Below are positions 19,134-30,618 of a stretch of 64,000 nucleotides of DNA, piece by piece. Below the pieces are notes generated by a model, which was given only the letters and a program-made list of their open reading frames with translations, searched no databases and was not told where the DNA came from. Origin of the DNA: a virus; IMG/VR virus record IMGVR_UViG_3300035181_002344. One strand, given 5' to 3'. Within the stretch, counting starts at the first letter, position 1. Each line of letters starts with the position of its first letter. The position numbers were made by a program, and so were the translations under genes.

Positions 19134-22100
19134 ATGGCAGATAATCAAGAACATATCTATAAAACATTAGAACAACAGGAAAAAGATTATTTTAACGAAA
19201 TCCACGCATATCTCTTTGGGATTAATCGTTCTGTTGATTTAAATAAATGGCCTAATTTTCTAAATACAGAAAGCTATATATATAAATATCGTGATTATAA
19301 TCAGCGTCTAATGCAAAAAATTAAAGATCAGCCTGGCGAGTTTATGATTAATGATATTTATCTTACAATTCCACCAGAAGCTATTAGTGTCGAGATTAGA
19401 AATAATACCATTGATATACCAATTTTACGTACATCGTCAAGCGTTAAATTAAATACAGGACATGGTGCTATTCAAGTTAGTATTTCTGCTGTTTTTACAG
19501 ATAATGAATTGCTTGGGGTTACGCTAGAAGAAGAATTAAAATATAAGCTTGTTCCACTTCTTACGCAAATGAATGTGATACCATTCGTGCATGTGAGAAA
19601 TAAATTTCTCAGAGAAAAAATCATTACCAATTATGCATCTATAATTAATAATGGTACTAAAGAAGTTATCAAAGAAGATAATACTTCTGGAGAAATATTA
19701 TTAACTTATGTCAGTCATTCAATAGCCACAGATCCAGAATTGCCACGTACTATAAGAGTGGAATTTAGCTTTCTTGTATTTAATTATCGTCCTTATATAT
19801 TGGATGTTGCTTATCCATATTATTATCAATTCACCGACAAAAAATCACTTGATACATTATATAGATTAAATGATAAACTATTAACTTTAGCAACTGTAAA
19901 AACTCCAGATTTATCTCTCCCCTTTTATGAATTTTATGCTCGAGAGTTTAAAAAACTTCAAGAAAATGGCGTGCTATTTTATGAGCATGATGAATTTTTA
20001 ACTACTAAAGCCGAATTGGGCGGCTATGATGATGATATAATGCAGATAGGTTTTTATCAGTATATCGAAGTTCCAAACCATTTATTAGACCCATCAATGC
20101 TCGATAAAGTTAAATCAATGGAAAAAAGCACTACATATGCTACTGTAGAAGATGAATATGGAGCGTTTATATCACGAGCTGGATTAAAACCATGGCAACG
20201 AGTTATGGCTGCCGATTCTGAGATTACTAGCCATTTTAAGGCTGCACATAATCGTACTTCTCCGCATAAAGGTGTTGATTTAAAACCGAAAGGTTCCACT
20301 TCTTCTACACCAAAGATATTGGCTGCTCATGGTGGAAAAGTTACAATGGGCTATCAACCACCAATTAATGACAAAAATGGGCCGCAACATGGTGGTGGTC
20401 ACTATATTTTTATTACAGATTCTGGGGCGGGTATCACAACTAAGTATCTGCATTTATCTCAGCAATTAGTGAAAAATGGTGATATTGTTAAGCCAGGACA
20501 AGTTATTGGTATAATGGGAAATTCTGGTTCTAATCCTGCACGCGGTACAATGGGAGCACATCTTGATTTTAGAATTATTGTTCCTGAAGGCGTTGCTAAG
20601 AACTTTGGGGATTATATTAAAAGCGGTAACGATTATTATGTAAATCCAGAAACATTTGATATTGAAAGGTATATTAATAATCATGATAATAAAGCGACGC
20701 CAGTTAATATTCCTAATAGACAAGAACTTAAAGACGTCGCTAATCAAAAGAAAGTTAATATTATTAAAGATCCTAATAAAGTATTATCGAACAAAGTAGC
20801 GCCACAAAGCAAAACAGAACTAAAGGCATATGAACAAGCAATTCTTGATTATATAAATACTCTGATTAAAAAAAATATCCATATCGAATATGTGCCAAGA
20901 GTTGGAGTCGATAATATTTCATATATACGTATACCAAGAATGGTCAGTATTAGACGCACCACGGGATTCACATTAACAGATATACAATATCTTGGCTATC
21001 ATCAACCAGCTATCGTTCCAATTGCAGGACATCGTCTTGCTACCCATCAATATATGGGCGGGCGTGTAAAACGTATGGCTTTAACGTTTATTGTTAGCGA
21101 AAATTATGGAGATTTTGAGTTACAAAAGCTACTTTCTGTTATTAATATATCAAATTATAATGCTATTCGCTTTAAGGAAATTGCTGCTTATGATGGGATT
21201 GAAATAAATCAGCCATTTATTAATACGATTTGTGGTGGTAAAAATTTTGTCATCGACAATATTAATATCACAACACATCCCGACATACCAGAAGGATCTA
21301 TTGTCACTATATCATTAACGGATTTTACTGGTGCTAAAGAAGTTGCACAGCGTGTGTTCGATATGGAACAATTGGCTCCGAACATGGATGTTACCGATTA
21401 TTATAAAACGCTTGCCAAAGAAATATTTTCTAAGGTTAAGCCAACCATAGAAGTGAATCCTAAAAAAGCAAAAAGTGAGTTTGTTGAAGGAGTGCTAGCT
21501 GGAATTGTGTATTCGCAAACAAATGATGTAGGTGCGATATCAAATTTATCTAAGCCATATAATAATTTCGAAAGTATTTATCTAGTTCCACAGAATCTAC
21601 AGCAATTTAACGATAATCCACAGCTAAAACAGCAAATTACAGAGCTGTTCGAGACCATTAATGAAGATTTGTCTAAATCGTGGCTTCAAAAGGTATTTAA
21701 TCTTTTTGCAAATAATGATGCAGAAAATCGTAATCCATTATCTGATGATTATGAAATATTTGAATATTTGACTATTGGTAAAAGTGTTAAAAATGCCGCT
21801 GATAGAACTTTAATCAAAAGCTTATTTTTTCCTAATAATAAAACTGGCGACAATAGTTTAACAAATAGTATAAACAAATGGCTCGACAAGCATTCTCATT
21901 ATGCATCTAATTCTAAAGATAGAAAACGCCAAAATTACTTTCCGAAAACAGCCGAAAAATATTCAGATGATGTTAAAAATTATTCTGCAAAAATATTATG
22001 GCCAGCATATATAGATTTTAATCTTCCGCCGACAATTAATCCAGATTATTATTTTTATCAGCCAACTAAGAATGCTCTTATTGACCCTAAAGAAAAGCGT

Positions 22101-24755
22101 ATTACAGAAAATGCTTTAGCCGCAACGATGAAAAAACATGATGCTTATATTAATTATTTTCGATCGCCATCTGAAAATGAAGCTATCCCTGTTGTTAAAG
22201 ATATGGAAACTTTATTATCAACGACAGATGATATATCTTTGGCCATTAATAAAAAGTCTCCTGTTACTTTTCAAGATATAGGCCTATCTGGTATGGGCTT
22301 ACAAGCTAGTAACTTACATTCTAGTAAGATCATTCTTGATTACAATGTCAATGAAACAGATAAAGACAACCCAATTAAACTTGAAGTTAATGTTAGCGAA
22401 CGCAACGAAGATAAAAGAGACCCTGATTATGAAAGGGTTGGAGAATTATATTTCTTCGATCATATAGAGTATACCAAGCATTTTTTATTCGATATAGATA
22501 ATACAGTTATTTCCGAAACGTCAGATTTTATATATGCTTTCCCCGTCTATAAAATATATTTTATTGAGGAGGACGATCAGGAATTTATGTATCCTTTTAG
22601 AATGCAAGATTTTAATGACCTTTTTGGTATAAATGCAGTACAAGAAATAAGATATGCTGAGATTAAAGATCAGCCAGCAGATTTACTTACTGTACGTTTC
22701 GTAGATATGACTGGTAAATTTACCTCTATTCGCTATAAACACTATGGGCATATAGAGGGTTCTAAGAAAAGCAGTACCATTGATTTTAATGTAGAAAATA
22801 ATATCAAAGGTCTCGTACTTAAAGAAGGAACTCGTGTGCAGTTTAGAGTTGGATATTCTAATAATATTAATAAATTGCCAATTCGTTTTAATGGATATAT
22901 AGTTTCTATTGGTGGCGAAGAAAATGAATTTGAAATGATGTGCCAGTCCTATGGTGCAGAATTAGTTCATGCTATTAAAGCTCCAAGCGAAGTAACACAA
23001 ATAGCTACATTTAATGCGGATACACATGATATTCTGCAATGGTGTATATCTCAGCCTGAGGTTAAGCATTTTGGTAGATGGAAAATGAATAATACGAGTA
23101 ATTTGACATTTTCGGATTCCACAAAAGGTACCAATTGGTTTAGATATAAAAGAATGGATCCAATGGGTCATGAATCAACATCATGGACATGGACAAAAGA
23201 TGAAGGAGAATTAAATTTTCTCTGTCCAGTCGAGAGTGATTTGCAAGGATTTAAAAACCTGCTTATTAATTTAAAGGCTGGCGGCCCACTTGCTGTATGG
23301 AAGGCTGTTTTTACATCTGTAAGTATGATTCCTGGAGCTGGTTCCTTGGCGAAAAAGTTTCTTGATTTCATAGGCGTTGGATACAGCTTTGGAAGTTTAA
23401 CAGATCTCTTATGGAGTAGATATTGGATAAAAAATACAACCGTATGGCAAATAGTTGATGAATTAACTTATCGTTATCCTGAATATATAGCCAAAGTTTT
23501 TCCTTATGATGACCGTGTAACATTATATTATGGCCCACGCCATGGTCTTTATTTTGCTACTCAATGGAATATTGGACAACTTGAAGATATTCAAGAAGCA
23601 AAGAATAAGCTAAATCAACTGCAAAATGATATCGACTGGAATAAAAAACAACTTGAGTCATACAAAGATACAGATATACAAAAAGCTTATACGTATGAAA
23701 ATTGGCTGGAAAAAGAATATCAGACAACTTACAAAACAAATGCCGTTATAGATGATTTAAGAAATAAGCTTAAAAAACCCACAACACACTATCATTTATT
23801 TGATTCTAATTCTAATTTGATTAGTAACCAAATAAAAGCAGATATTAAAGATGTATATACTGAAATTATGCTTGGTTATGGCACTGCAGATAATGATAAT
23901 GCTAAAAAAATGGCCAATGGCGAGATAGTAGAACCCTCCACAATAAATATGAGATTAAATAGCTATCTGCAACTAGAAGATATTAAAACAAAATATGTAC
24001 AATTTCCGAATGCTTCAAATATAGAAAATGCTTATATATATGGAACTAAAGTTCTTTTTCAGGAAGCCGAGAAACTCTATAAGGGTACAATTTCTGTTCT
24101 TGGCAATCCAGATGTTACTACTTTTGATAATGCATATGTAATTGATGATGCAACACAAACATATGGTCCTATTCGCGTAAGATCTCATGTCCTAAGCATT
24201 GCACCTGGTGAGGGTATGATATCAACCATTGAACCGGATATGCGTGTAAATTATAATCAGCTTAGTTTAATGTCAGTTCAAGATTATTCAGATTATGTTT
24301 GTAGCGCTAAAAGTGGCTTGCAAAGAATGAAATCTGGAGATTTTAATTGGATGAACTTGGGAATGGACGAATATGATCATGTAGCTATGAATGACTTTTT
24401 AAATGGCCGAACGTTACTTCCATCAGTTGGAGCTATTACTACAGGGATTGGTGCTGCCGTAGCTCTTGCAACTGGGGCGATTAGTGCAACCACTGGTTTT
24501 GTTGTACTTCCTGCTTTCTATTTGTTACTCGCCCAGATTTCTTATAAAGCTGTTTTAGCCGATAGCCACAGAGACCCGATTTATGTATCTCCATTAGTTC
24601 GCAGGGGAGCGCCATATTTATATGGACTTTCTACTTATAAAGTTGGCGGTTATGTGCAATGGACAAAAGATACGTGGGCTCAGGATATGAAGGATATTGG
24701 TGCGGCTGTCGAAATTCTAAGGGATTCAATTAGTACATTATTTGGCGAAAATTAA
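19134..24755 (+). CDS. Baseplate hub-like protein with M23 peptidase domain
   Basis: 1873 aa. M23 motifs HKGVDL..ILAAHGGKV..GGHYIFI..YLHLS..VKNGDIVKPGQVIGIMGNSG..HLDF at about 20220-20660. Hub-like motifs RVGYSNNINKLPIRFNGYI, CQSYGAEL and YKGTISVLGNP. Confidence 0.75.
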   Translation: MADNQEHIYKTLEQQEKDYFNEIHAYLFGINRSVDLNKWPNFLNTESYIYKYRDYNQRLMQKIKDQPGEFMINDIYLTIPPEAISVEIRNNTIDIPILRTSSSVKLNTGHGAIQVSISAVFTDNELLGVTLEEELKYKLVPLLTQMNVIPFVHVRNKFLREKIITNYASIINNGTKEVIKEDNTSGEILLTYVSHSIATDPELPRTIRVEFSFLVFNYRPYILDVAYPYYYQFTDKKSLDTLYRLNDKLLTLATVKTPDLSLPFYEFYAREFKKLQENGVLFYEHDEFLTTKAELGGYDDDIMQIGFYQYIEVPNHLLDPSMLDKVKSMEKSTTYATVEDEYGAFISRAGLKPWQRVMAADSEITSHFKAAHNRTSPHKGVDLKPKGSTSSTPKILAAHGGKVTMGYQPPINDKNGPQHGGGHYIFITDSGAGITTKYLHLSQQLVKNGDIVKPGQVIGIMGNSGSNPARGTMGAHLDFRIIVPEGVAKNFGDYIKSGNDYYVNPETFDIERYINNHDNKATPVNIPNRQELKDVANQKKVNIIKDPNKVLSNKVAPQSKTELKAYEQAILDYINTLIKKNIHIEYVPRVGVDNISYIRIPRMVSIRRTTGFTLTDIQYLGYHQPAIVPIAGHRLATHQYMGGRVKRMALTFIVSENYGDFELQKLLSVINISNYNAIRFKEIAAYDGIEINQPFINTICGGKNFVIDNINITTHPDIPEGSIVTISLTDFTGAKEVAQRVFDMEQLAPNMDVTDYYKTLAKEIFSKVKPTIEVNPKKAKSEFVEGVLAGIVYSQTNDVGAISNLSKPYNNFESIYLVPQNLQQFNDNPQLKQQITELFETINEDLSKSWLQKVFNLFANNDAENRNPLSDDYEIFEYLTIGKSVKNAADRTLIKSLFFPNNKTGDNSLTNSINKWLDKHSHYASNSKDRKRQNYFPKTAEKYSDDVKNYSAKILWPAYIDFNLPPTINPDYYFYQPTKNALIDPKEKRITENALAATMKKHDAYINYFRSPSENEAIPVVKDMETLLSTTDDISLAINKKSPVTFQDIGLSGMGLQASNLHSSKIILDYNVNETDKDNPIKLEVNVSERNEDKRDPDYERVGELYFFDHIEYTKHFLFDIDNTVISETSDFIYAFPVYKIYFIEEDDQEFMYPFRMQDFNDLFGINAVQEIRYAEIKDQPADLLTVRFVDMTGKFTSIRYKHYGHIEGSKKSSTIDFNVENNIKGLVLKEGTRVQFRVGYSNNINKLPIRFNGYIVSIGGEENEFEMMCQSYGAELVHAIKAPSEVTQIATFNADTHDILQWCISQPEVKHFGRWKMNNTSNLTFSDSTKGTNWFRYKRMDPMGHESTSWTWTKDEGELNFLCPVESDLQGFKNLLINLKAGGPLAVWKAVFTSVSMIPGAGSLAKKFLDFIGVGYSFGSLTDLLWSRYWIKNTTVWQIVDELTYRYPEYIAKVFPYDDRVTLYYGPRHGLYFATQWNIGQLEDIQEAKNKLNQLQNDIDWNKKQLESYKDTDIQKAYTYENWLEKEYQTTYKTNAVIDDLRNKLKKPTTHYHLFDSNSNLISNQIKADIKDVYTEIMLGYGTADNDNAKKMANGEIVEPSTINMRLNSYLQLEDIKTKYVQFPNASNIENAYIYGTKVLFQEAEKLYKGTISVLGNPDVTTFDNAYVIDDATQTYGPIRVRSHVLSIAPGEGMISTIEPDMRVNYNQLSLMSVQDYSDYVCSAKSGLQRMKSGDFNWMNLGMDEYDHVAMNDFLNGRTLLPSVGAITTGIGAAVALATGAISATTGFVVLPAFYLLLAQISYKAVLADSHRDPIYVSPLVRRGAPYLYGLSTYKVGGYVQWTKDTWAQDMKDIGAAVEILRDSISTLFGEN

Positions 24756-24760
24756 TATCT

Positions 24761-24813
24761 AATCGATTTTATTAATTATGACCTTGATTTGCAAAACATG
24801 TTTCTTTTAATTG
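24761..24813 (+). promoter_or_regulatory. Conserved intergenic motif AATCGAT-N16-TTGATT-N18-TAATT (candidate promoter/operator)
   Basis: AATCGAT-N16-TTGATT recurs with the same spacing at 30566 and 42142. Confidence 0.55.
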
Positions 24814-24835
24814 ATATGAGAAAAATTGGATAATT

Positions 24836-25054
24836 ATGATCAAAGAAAAAGGTATATGGATTCCTGTGGCAATAGAAGCCGAAAGAATGGCTGCCGATGG
24901 CATACCAAAAATTGACCAAATATTTAAGGTTTCATATTCTGTTAATCCATTACAAGACCCTGTTGCAGTTCCTGTCGATACTGCGATTGGAGGAAAAAAG
25001 GTATTTAAAGCCGAAAAACGTCATGGAATTCGTAATTTTATGAGCGCTGTATGA
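24836..25054 (+). CDS. Hypothetical baseplate-region protein
   Basis: 72-aa ORF downstream of the conserved motif, ATGA-coupled to the next gene. Confidence 0.5.
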   Translation: MIKEKGIWIPVAIEAERMAADGIPKIDQIFKVSYSVNPLQDPVAVPVDTAIGGKKVFKAEKRHGIRNFMSAV

Positions 25055-25554
25055 AGAAAAGTTTGCCATTAGAAAATAAAGAAATCTATATACGCATTAC
25101 AGATGTAAAGGTCGATGGCACAGATGGACGTGTTTATGTAAAAGGAAAATTACCAAATGACGCTTATTATGGAGGCGTCTTTGATAATATTGAGGATAAG
25201 AAACAAAATACAATTCCACCGCAAAAACTAGCATATAAAGTTATTAAATATTCTGCTGAGTCAGAAGCTGGTGTGCAAGTAAAATTTAACGAAGTTATTA
25301 TGATGGGAGGGCCAGAATATGCTTTTGTCACTAATAAAAACTTTGGAAATTTTGTTGTTGGTCCTGTAACATTTTCTGCGCTTCCAAATAAAATAAGAAT
25401 CGGCGGAATATTTACTCTTAATCCTCTTTTAATGTCTATGGTGCCTTCTACCATTGTAACACCAATGCCAACATTACTTCTAGATATACCAGGTGTTGGT
25501 TATCTAAAAGGGCTTAAAAACATACTTACAGATTTAAGTGGAGCTTTAATATAA
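25051..25554 (+). CDS. Hypothetical baseplate-region protein (possible spike component)
   Basis: 167 aa, beta-rich, between the hub and the gp25-like gene; assignment is positional only. Confidence 0.4.
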   Translation: MKKSLPLENKEIYIRITDVKVDGTDGRVYVKGKLPNDAYYGGVFDNIEDKKQNTIPPQKLAYKVIKYSAESEAGVQVKFNEVIMMGGPEYAFVTNKNFGNFVVGPVTFSALPNKIRIGGIFTLNPLLMSMVPSTIVTPMPTLLLDIPGVGYLKGLKNILTDLSGALI

Positions 25555-26030
25555 TGCGTAAACAAATTGATCTCGCAGAATCATATGAAGGAGATTTAAT
25601 TATAGAAGCTGGCGATTTAAAAGATACTTCTGCTGATCCAGCAAGAACATATTATCAGATAATTCGCACGCTACTTATGAGTCTCCCTGGAGAAAATAAG
25701 ATATATCCAAGCCTTGGTATTGATTTAAGCCCATATGTTGGTTCTGCAAATAATCGACATGTTGGAATGGATATAGCAAAGGTTATAAAAGATAAAATAT
25801 CAGAAGTAACAAATTTATTTTCTGGCGAAATAGATATTACCCCTTATCCAATAGGAATAAATTCAATAGCTTTTCGTATTCGCTTACTTACTGTTGATTC
25901 CAACGAAAAAGGTATTACTGTTGTTTATGACAGCAAAGATAATTTAGTTAATTCATTATATTGGGCAAGCAGGGACGTTAAACCAACGACTATTATAACA
26001 ACTGCCTCCCCAGTTACAATAGGAGCTTAA
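25554..26030 (+). CDS. Baseplate wedge protein, gpW/gp25-like
   Basis: IDLAESYEGDLII..GDL..QIIRTLLMSLPGE..YPSLGIDL; directly upstream of the baseplate J-like gene. Confidence 0.7.
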   Translation: MRKQIDLAESYEGDLIIEAGDLKDTSADPARTYYQIIRTLLMSLPGENKIYPSLGIDLSPYVGSANNRHVGMDIAKVIKDKISEVTNLFSGEIDITPYPIGINSIAFRIRLLTVDSNEKGITVVYDSKDNLVNSLYWASRDVKPTTIITTASPVTIGA

Positions 26031-26031
26031 A

Positions 26032-27246
26032 ATGGCATTTTTTTCTAAAGATCCAAATACAATATTGCAGCAGTCTCTCGATTTTATGCGCGCAAATACT
26101 GCTCTTACATCAGTTGGCCCTGGTTCTAAATATCGTGCTTTATTAGAGATTATGAAGCAAGAGCTTGGTGAAGCTTATAGTACATTCGATATCAATCAGG
26201 CAATTGGATTTATTTATGGAGCTTCCGATAAATATCTTGATTATATTGGTGATATGTTTGGTATGCAAAGGTTTTCGGCTACAAGAGTTGAAATATCTGC
26301 TGCTTCTAAAATAATCAAATTTTATGTTCCGAGCGGTTATACATTTGGTGGAATAAATTCCGGAAATGATATCACCATACCCGCTGGAACCACAATATAT
26401 GGCTATAAAAATGATACGACAATTGAATATTATGTATCTGAAGATACAGTTCTACCAAAAGATAAAAATGAAATATACGTTGCTGCTAAAAGTGCTGGTA
26501 GTGGTGCTTCTTTTAATATTCCTTCTGGGATATTAATATATCATAAATTCACCGATTATACAGAAACAGCAAAAGGGTTGCTTCTTGTTACAAACATATC
26601 ATCAATAGAAAGCGGTCTCGATGCTGAATCTGATGATAATTTTAGATATAGAATTATTAATCATTATTTATCATCTCAAAATGCAAATGAAGTTGCCTTA
26701 CGTATGGCGGCTTTAGAAGTTCCTGGCGTTGCTGATGTTCGTTATTTTAATAATAGCCAAGGCTTGGGTACCGCAACTATCGTTATTAAATCAATAGTTT
26801 TACCAATGCCTAGTGATTTGCCAGATAAAGTATTAGCTAATGTCGAAAAAAAAGCATCTGCAGGTATAAAGGTAATAATTGAAAAACCTGTGGAAATATA
26901 TTTTTCCTTTGATATTAAAATTACATATACACGACCACTTTCTATTGACGAAAGAGTTTCTTTACAATCTGGATTAAATGCTTATATTGGAGATTATATT
27001 AACAATTTAGACGTTGGTGAATCTTTTAGCATTAATACATTGGCAAACGATATTATTTCATATTCTCCGTTAATAAAAACAATTGGTTCACCGGGAAGAT
27101 TTTTTGATCGCATTTATTTATACAAAGAATTACTACCGGATAAACCAAAAATAAAACGCGATATTACAAATGGATATGTAACTGGGTTAAATGAAAAGCC
27201 TGTTTTAGCAAATGTCGGCGATATAATAGCCGTTAATTATTTATAA
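26032..27246 (+). CDS. Baseplate J-like wedge protein
   Basis: YLDYIGDMFGMQR, ITIPAGT, GLDAESDDNFRYRI and ALEVPGVADV motifs. Confidence 0.88.
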   Translation: MAFFSKDPNTILQQSLDFMRANTALTSVGPGSKYRALLEIMKQELGEAYSTFDINQAIGFIYGASDKYLDYIGDMFGMQRFSATRVEISAASKIIKFYVPSGYTFGGINSGNDITIPAGTTIYGYKNDTTIEYYVSEDTVLPKDKNEIYVAAKSAGSGASFNIPSGILIYHKFTDYTETAKGLLLVTNISSIESGLDAESDDNFRYRIINHYLSSQNANEVALRMAALEVPGVADVRYFNNSQGLGTATIVIKSIVLPMPSDLPDKVLANVEKKASAGIKVIIEKPVEIYFSFDIKITYTRPLSIDERVSLQSGLNAYIGDYINNLDVGESFSINTLANDIISYSPLIKTIGSPGRFFDRIYLYKELLPDKPKIKRDITNGYVTGLNEKPVLANVGDIIAVNYL

Positions 27247-27257
27247 GGATTACAATT

Positions 27258-29711
27258 ATGCCTATTGGACATGCTCCATATGGAACTTTCCCGCTTGGTG
27301 GTGCCGTTCCTGTTGAAACAAGGAATCTTATTTTAATAAATCCAGCCGCTCAATATTTACATTATTATACACCATTAACACAAAAAGCGGCAAATTATCT
27401 CCCCCAATATCAATACGGACGTCAATACAAATATTCTGTATATCAGCAGATCTTAAATGCGATTATGATACATTTTGACCAATTAAGATTAGCTCTTAAT
27501 CGTCAAGAATATAATAGATTTCCACAGACATTTTTACGCGATACCATCGATGTAATATATACTCAACCAAAATTAGCTGAATCCACTTTTGTTACTGGTT
27601 TAAAAAATGATAACTGGAGTGTATTAAAAAAAATCGATTTAGACAATCCAGAACAGTGGTGGTATGAAGATGTGCCAACAGAATTATTAGAATATGAACG
27701 TAAATTTGATTCCGTTGCTTTATTAAATAATGTTCCTTTATCTACAGAGATATTAATTAATCAGCGATTAATTAATCCAAGTGGCTTATATATTATATTA
27801 AGATCTGAGAATGGCAATTTTATTAATAATATCAAAGGCGAAGATATATTAGGAACCGATATCATTATTTATGGCGAAGATGAGTATGGCATAAATCGCA
27901 ATGAAAAATTTACCTTTTACTATCCATCTTATCAGCGTAGTAAAACAAATTGGAAGAAAATATTTAGAGTTGAATGCAGCTATTTTGATTCGTCGAATGC
28001 TTTTAGTTTATTTATTGGCAATTATATTCCGTCAGATTATACAATAAGAGAAGACTTTTTATATACACTACATACACCAGATAGAGAGATTAAGAGTGTT
28101 TTTTGGGATATCAGTGAAGACAGAAAAAAGCTTCAGCTTAAAACTCTTGTTGCCGACAATATTTTAACCTATCATGCAGGAATCAAAGATTTTAATATAG
28201 TCAAGGAATTTGTCATTGTAGATATTGATGGTGCTCCAGTAGAAGATCTGCAGTCAATTTTGCCAAGCGATTTTGATGATAAATTATATGTTATCAATAA
28301 AGACAAAATATTTATTTTGTCTAAGCTCGATGAATATCCTAATGTTGTTGCTAAAGCAACTGAAATAAGAACGCCGGATCCAGCATTAAATTTAGATGTA
28401 CGTGTTGAAACTGGTTATGTTATTATTCGCGGAATAAAAAGCGTTGCGAATACTGGAAAAGATATTACTGGTGCTATTTTATATGTTGAAAATTCCCAAG
28501 GTCGATTTTATTATGATAATGGCTCATGGTCAACAAATAACCCTGGGTTTACAGACATACCTCTTGAACAAGAGATTTCATTTGGTAATGGCACTCCATT
28601 TGGCGAACACTTTTATATAGCGCTACTTACAAATACAAATGCTGGTATTGATACTGATACTTTTATTGTTGAAGGCCAAGTTAAAAAACCTTTATTCATT
28701 ACAAACACTTCGTCTTTTATTCCTGGCTCTCATATGATATATAAATATGATGACAGTTTTGCTTTTGCTAATGACGAAGGGCATGTTGATTTATCGTTTG
28801 TTTTTGATAGTTATATTGTGGATAGCAAACGCAATTTAATGATATTTAGAGAAAAATATTTTCATATACAATATATTAACACTGATGGAACTGTTGCTGC
28901 TTCTGGTGGAGAGCCAGTTCCGCAAAATGTTTTTAATGAGCTTGACCAATATGGTGCTTTGCTTGGATTAGAAAGACGTCCAGGTGAAAAAAGTTATCAA
29001 TTTCTCAAACGCATTAAAGATGTATTTTATTATCCGTCCTCTTCGACATACAAAGGGCTGGTATATTCTTTGTCAAGAGATTTGATATTACCTGTATCTG
29101 AAGTTATTGATTTAACTTTATCTGACGATATAATTATTAATATAAAATATCCATATATTACAGTTAAATCTGGAGCATTACAATCTCAGTTTAATTTATT
29201 TAATAATTCGGGAAATAATGGAACCATATCTGATGTTATTGAATGGTTAAATACAATAACTGGCGTACATGCAGAGTCGGTTAATGATACATATGTTAAT
29301 TCCCTACCTGCCAGAGCTCTAATTGAATCGACTAATTTTGAGAGAATTTATAATTATATAGCTGGACAATCGACATCCATTTCTCCCAATATTGGAGATG
29401 CTAAGATTGTTGAATCATCGATATCTATTGATGGTTTCGAGAAAGTACAATATGCTGATTTAGCATCATTAAAAACTCCTGCGTATAGTTTTATACCACC
29501 AAATAATATTTTATTAAATAGACCATTAATTAATGATGGTATTCATTTTGACATTATCAAAAATAAGTTTTCTTTATATGCTTCTCCGGTAATAATATAT
29601 ATGCCGCATAATCTTGATAATGATTTTATTGACAATAATAAATTATCGGCATTAGCTAAAGATTTACTTACAGAAACTGAAAATATTTATCCTTATAGAT
29701 GGAGATATTGA
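27258..29711 (+). CDS. Baseplate wedge/structural protein
   Basis: 817 aa; FNELDQYGALLGLERRPGEKSYQFLKRIKDVF is typical of wedge proteins; follows the J-like gene. Confidence 0.6.
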   Translation: MPIGHAPYGTFPLGGAVPVETRNLILINPAAQYLHYYTPLTQKAANYLPQYQYGRQYKYSVYQQILNAIMIHFDQLRLALNRQEYNRFPQTFLRDTIDVIYTQPKLAESTFVTGLKNDNWSVLKKIDLDNPEQWWYEDVPTELLEYERKFDSVALLNNVPLSTEILINQRLINPSGLYIILRSENGNFINNIKGEDILGTDIIIYGEDEYGINRNEKFTFYYPSYQRSKTNWKKIFRVECSYFDSSNAFSLFIGNYIPSDYTIREDFLYTLHTPDREIKSVFWDISEDRKKLQLKTLVADNILTYHAGIKDFNIVKEFVIVDIDGAPVEDLQSILPSDFDDKLYVINKDKIFILSKLDEYPNVVAKATEIRTPDPALNLDVRVETGYVIIRGIKSVANTGKDITGAILYVENSQGRFYYDNGSWSTNNPGFTDIPLEQEISFGNGTPFGEHFYIALLTNTNAGIDTDTFIVEGQVKKPLFITNTSSFIPGSHMIYKYDDSFAFANDEGHVDLSFVFDSYIVDSKRNLMIFREKYFHIQYINTDGTVAASGGEPVPQNVFNELDQYGALLGLERRPGEKSYQFLKRIKDVFYYPSSSTYKGLVYSLSRDLILPVSEVIDLTLSDDIIINIKYPYITVKSGALQSQFNLFNNSGNNGTISDVIEWLNTITGVHAESVNDTYVNSLPARALIESTNFERIYNYIAGQSTSISPNIGDAKIVESSISIDGFEKVQYADLASLKTPAYSFIPPNNILLNRPLINDGIHFDIIKNKFSLYASPVIIYMPHNLDNDFIDNNKLSALAKDLLTETENIYPYRWRY

Positions 29712-30565
29712 TGAATGCTTATCAAGATGAACGTTCTTCTGCATTAAATACAATACCTTTAAATGCTCATTTTACATTTGGGCAACAATATTTTATTGAG
29801 CCATCTGATTATAGCAAGGTAGTATTGCCATCTGTATATTCAGAAGAAGATACACCAACTATATTTATTAGAAATGGCATTGTTGATTATGAAGCCCTAA
29901 AAATTCATAAAACTGGCATTATTGTCAATAATGATACTTTCGTTCCATCAATTATAATGTCTGGTGGTAGATATATTGTTCAGGGCGATACTCATTTATT
30001 GTTGCCGGATGAAGGTATAAGCTTAATAGTATCTTCAGATTCTTTCGAACTGCCATATAAGCCATCATTCAAGATTAAACCAATATTAACAGCATATAAA
30101 AGGACCAATATAAATAAAATTGTTAAGCATTGGGATTATCGTCCGCAATCTGATTTGTCAGATCCGACAAAAAACGAATGGAAATTTAATATTTCAAATG
30201 GAATATATATCGTTAATATTTCTAATAACCCTGTTGATTTAGAAACATATTATTCTGTTTTGCCTACAAGAACAGCGACAATTAATAACATTTCATATAA
30301 AATGTATTTTCTGCCCAATTTTCCATGTATTGATATTAAATTAGATCAAAATTACGATGAAATAATCGATGAATTAAGGGGTATTATATATATTCCAGAA
30401 TCCCATAATACCAATGATTTGTTCATTGTTGGGCGTCCGACAGCTATGTTTGGCTATATTCCGTATTATGCTAAAGATCCTTATGTTACAATTCCATACA
30501 GAAATGATAAATATAGCGATAATTATTTTGTTGTTTTGACAGAAAACGCTAATAATCTTGATTAA
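29711..30565 (+). CDS. Hypothetical virion structural protein
   Basis: ORF 29699..30565; the start is more likely ATG 29711 (SD GGAGA at 29701, overlapping the upstream TGA). Confidence 0.5.
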   Translation: MNAYQDERSSALNTIPLNAHFTFGQQYFIEPSDYSKVVLPSVYSEEDTPTIFIRNGIVDYEALKIHKTGIIVNNDTFVPSIIMSGGRYIVQGDTHLLLPDEGISLIVSSDSFELPYKPSFKIKPILTAYKRTNINKIVKHWDYRPQSDLSDPTKNEWKFNISNGIYIVNISNNPVDLETYYSVLPTRTATINNISYKMYFLPNFPCIDIKLDQNYDEIIDELRGIIYIPESHNTNDLFIVGRPTAMFGYIPYYAKDPYVTIPYRNDKYSDNYFVVLTENANNLD

Positions 30566-30618
30566 AATCGATTTTCATCTTTTTAGCATTGATTAAACAC
30601 ATCCATTATACGTAATTA
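30566..30618 (+). promoter_or_regulatory. Conserved intergenic motif (candidate promoter/operator)
   Basis: AATCGAT at 30566, TTGATT at 30589, TAATT at 30613; same offsets as the 24761 copy. Confidence 0.55.
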
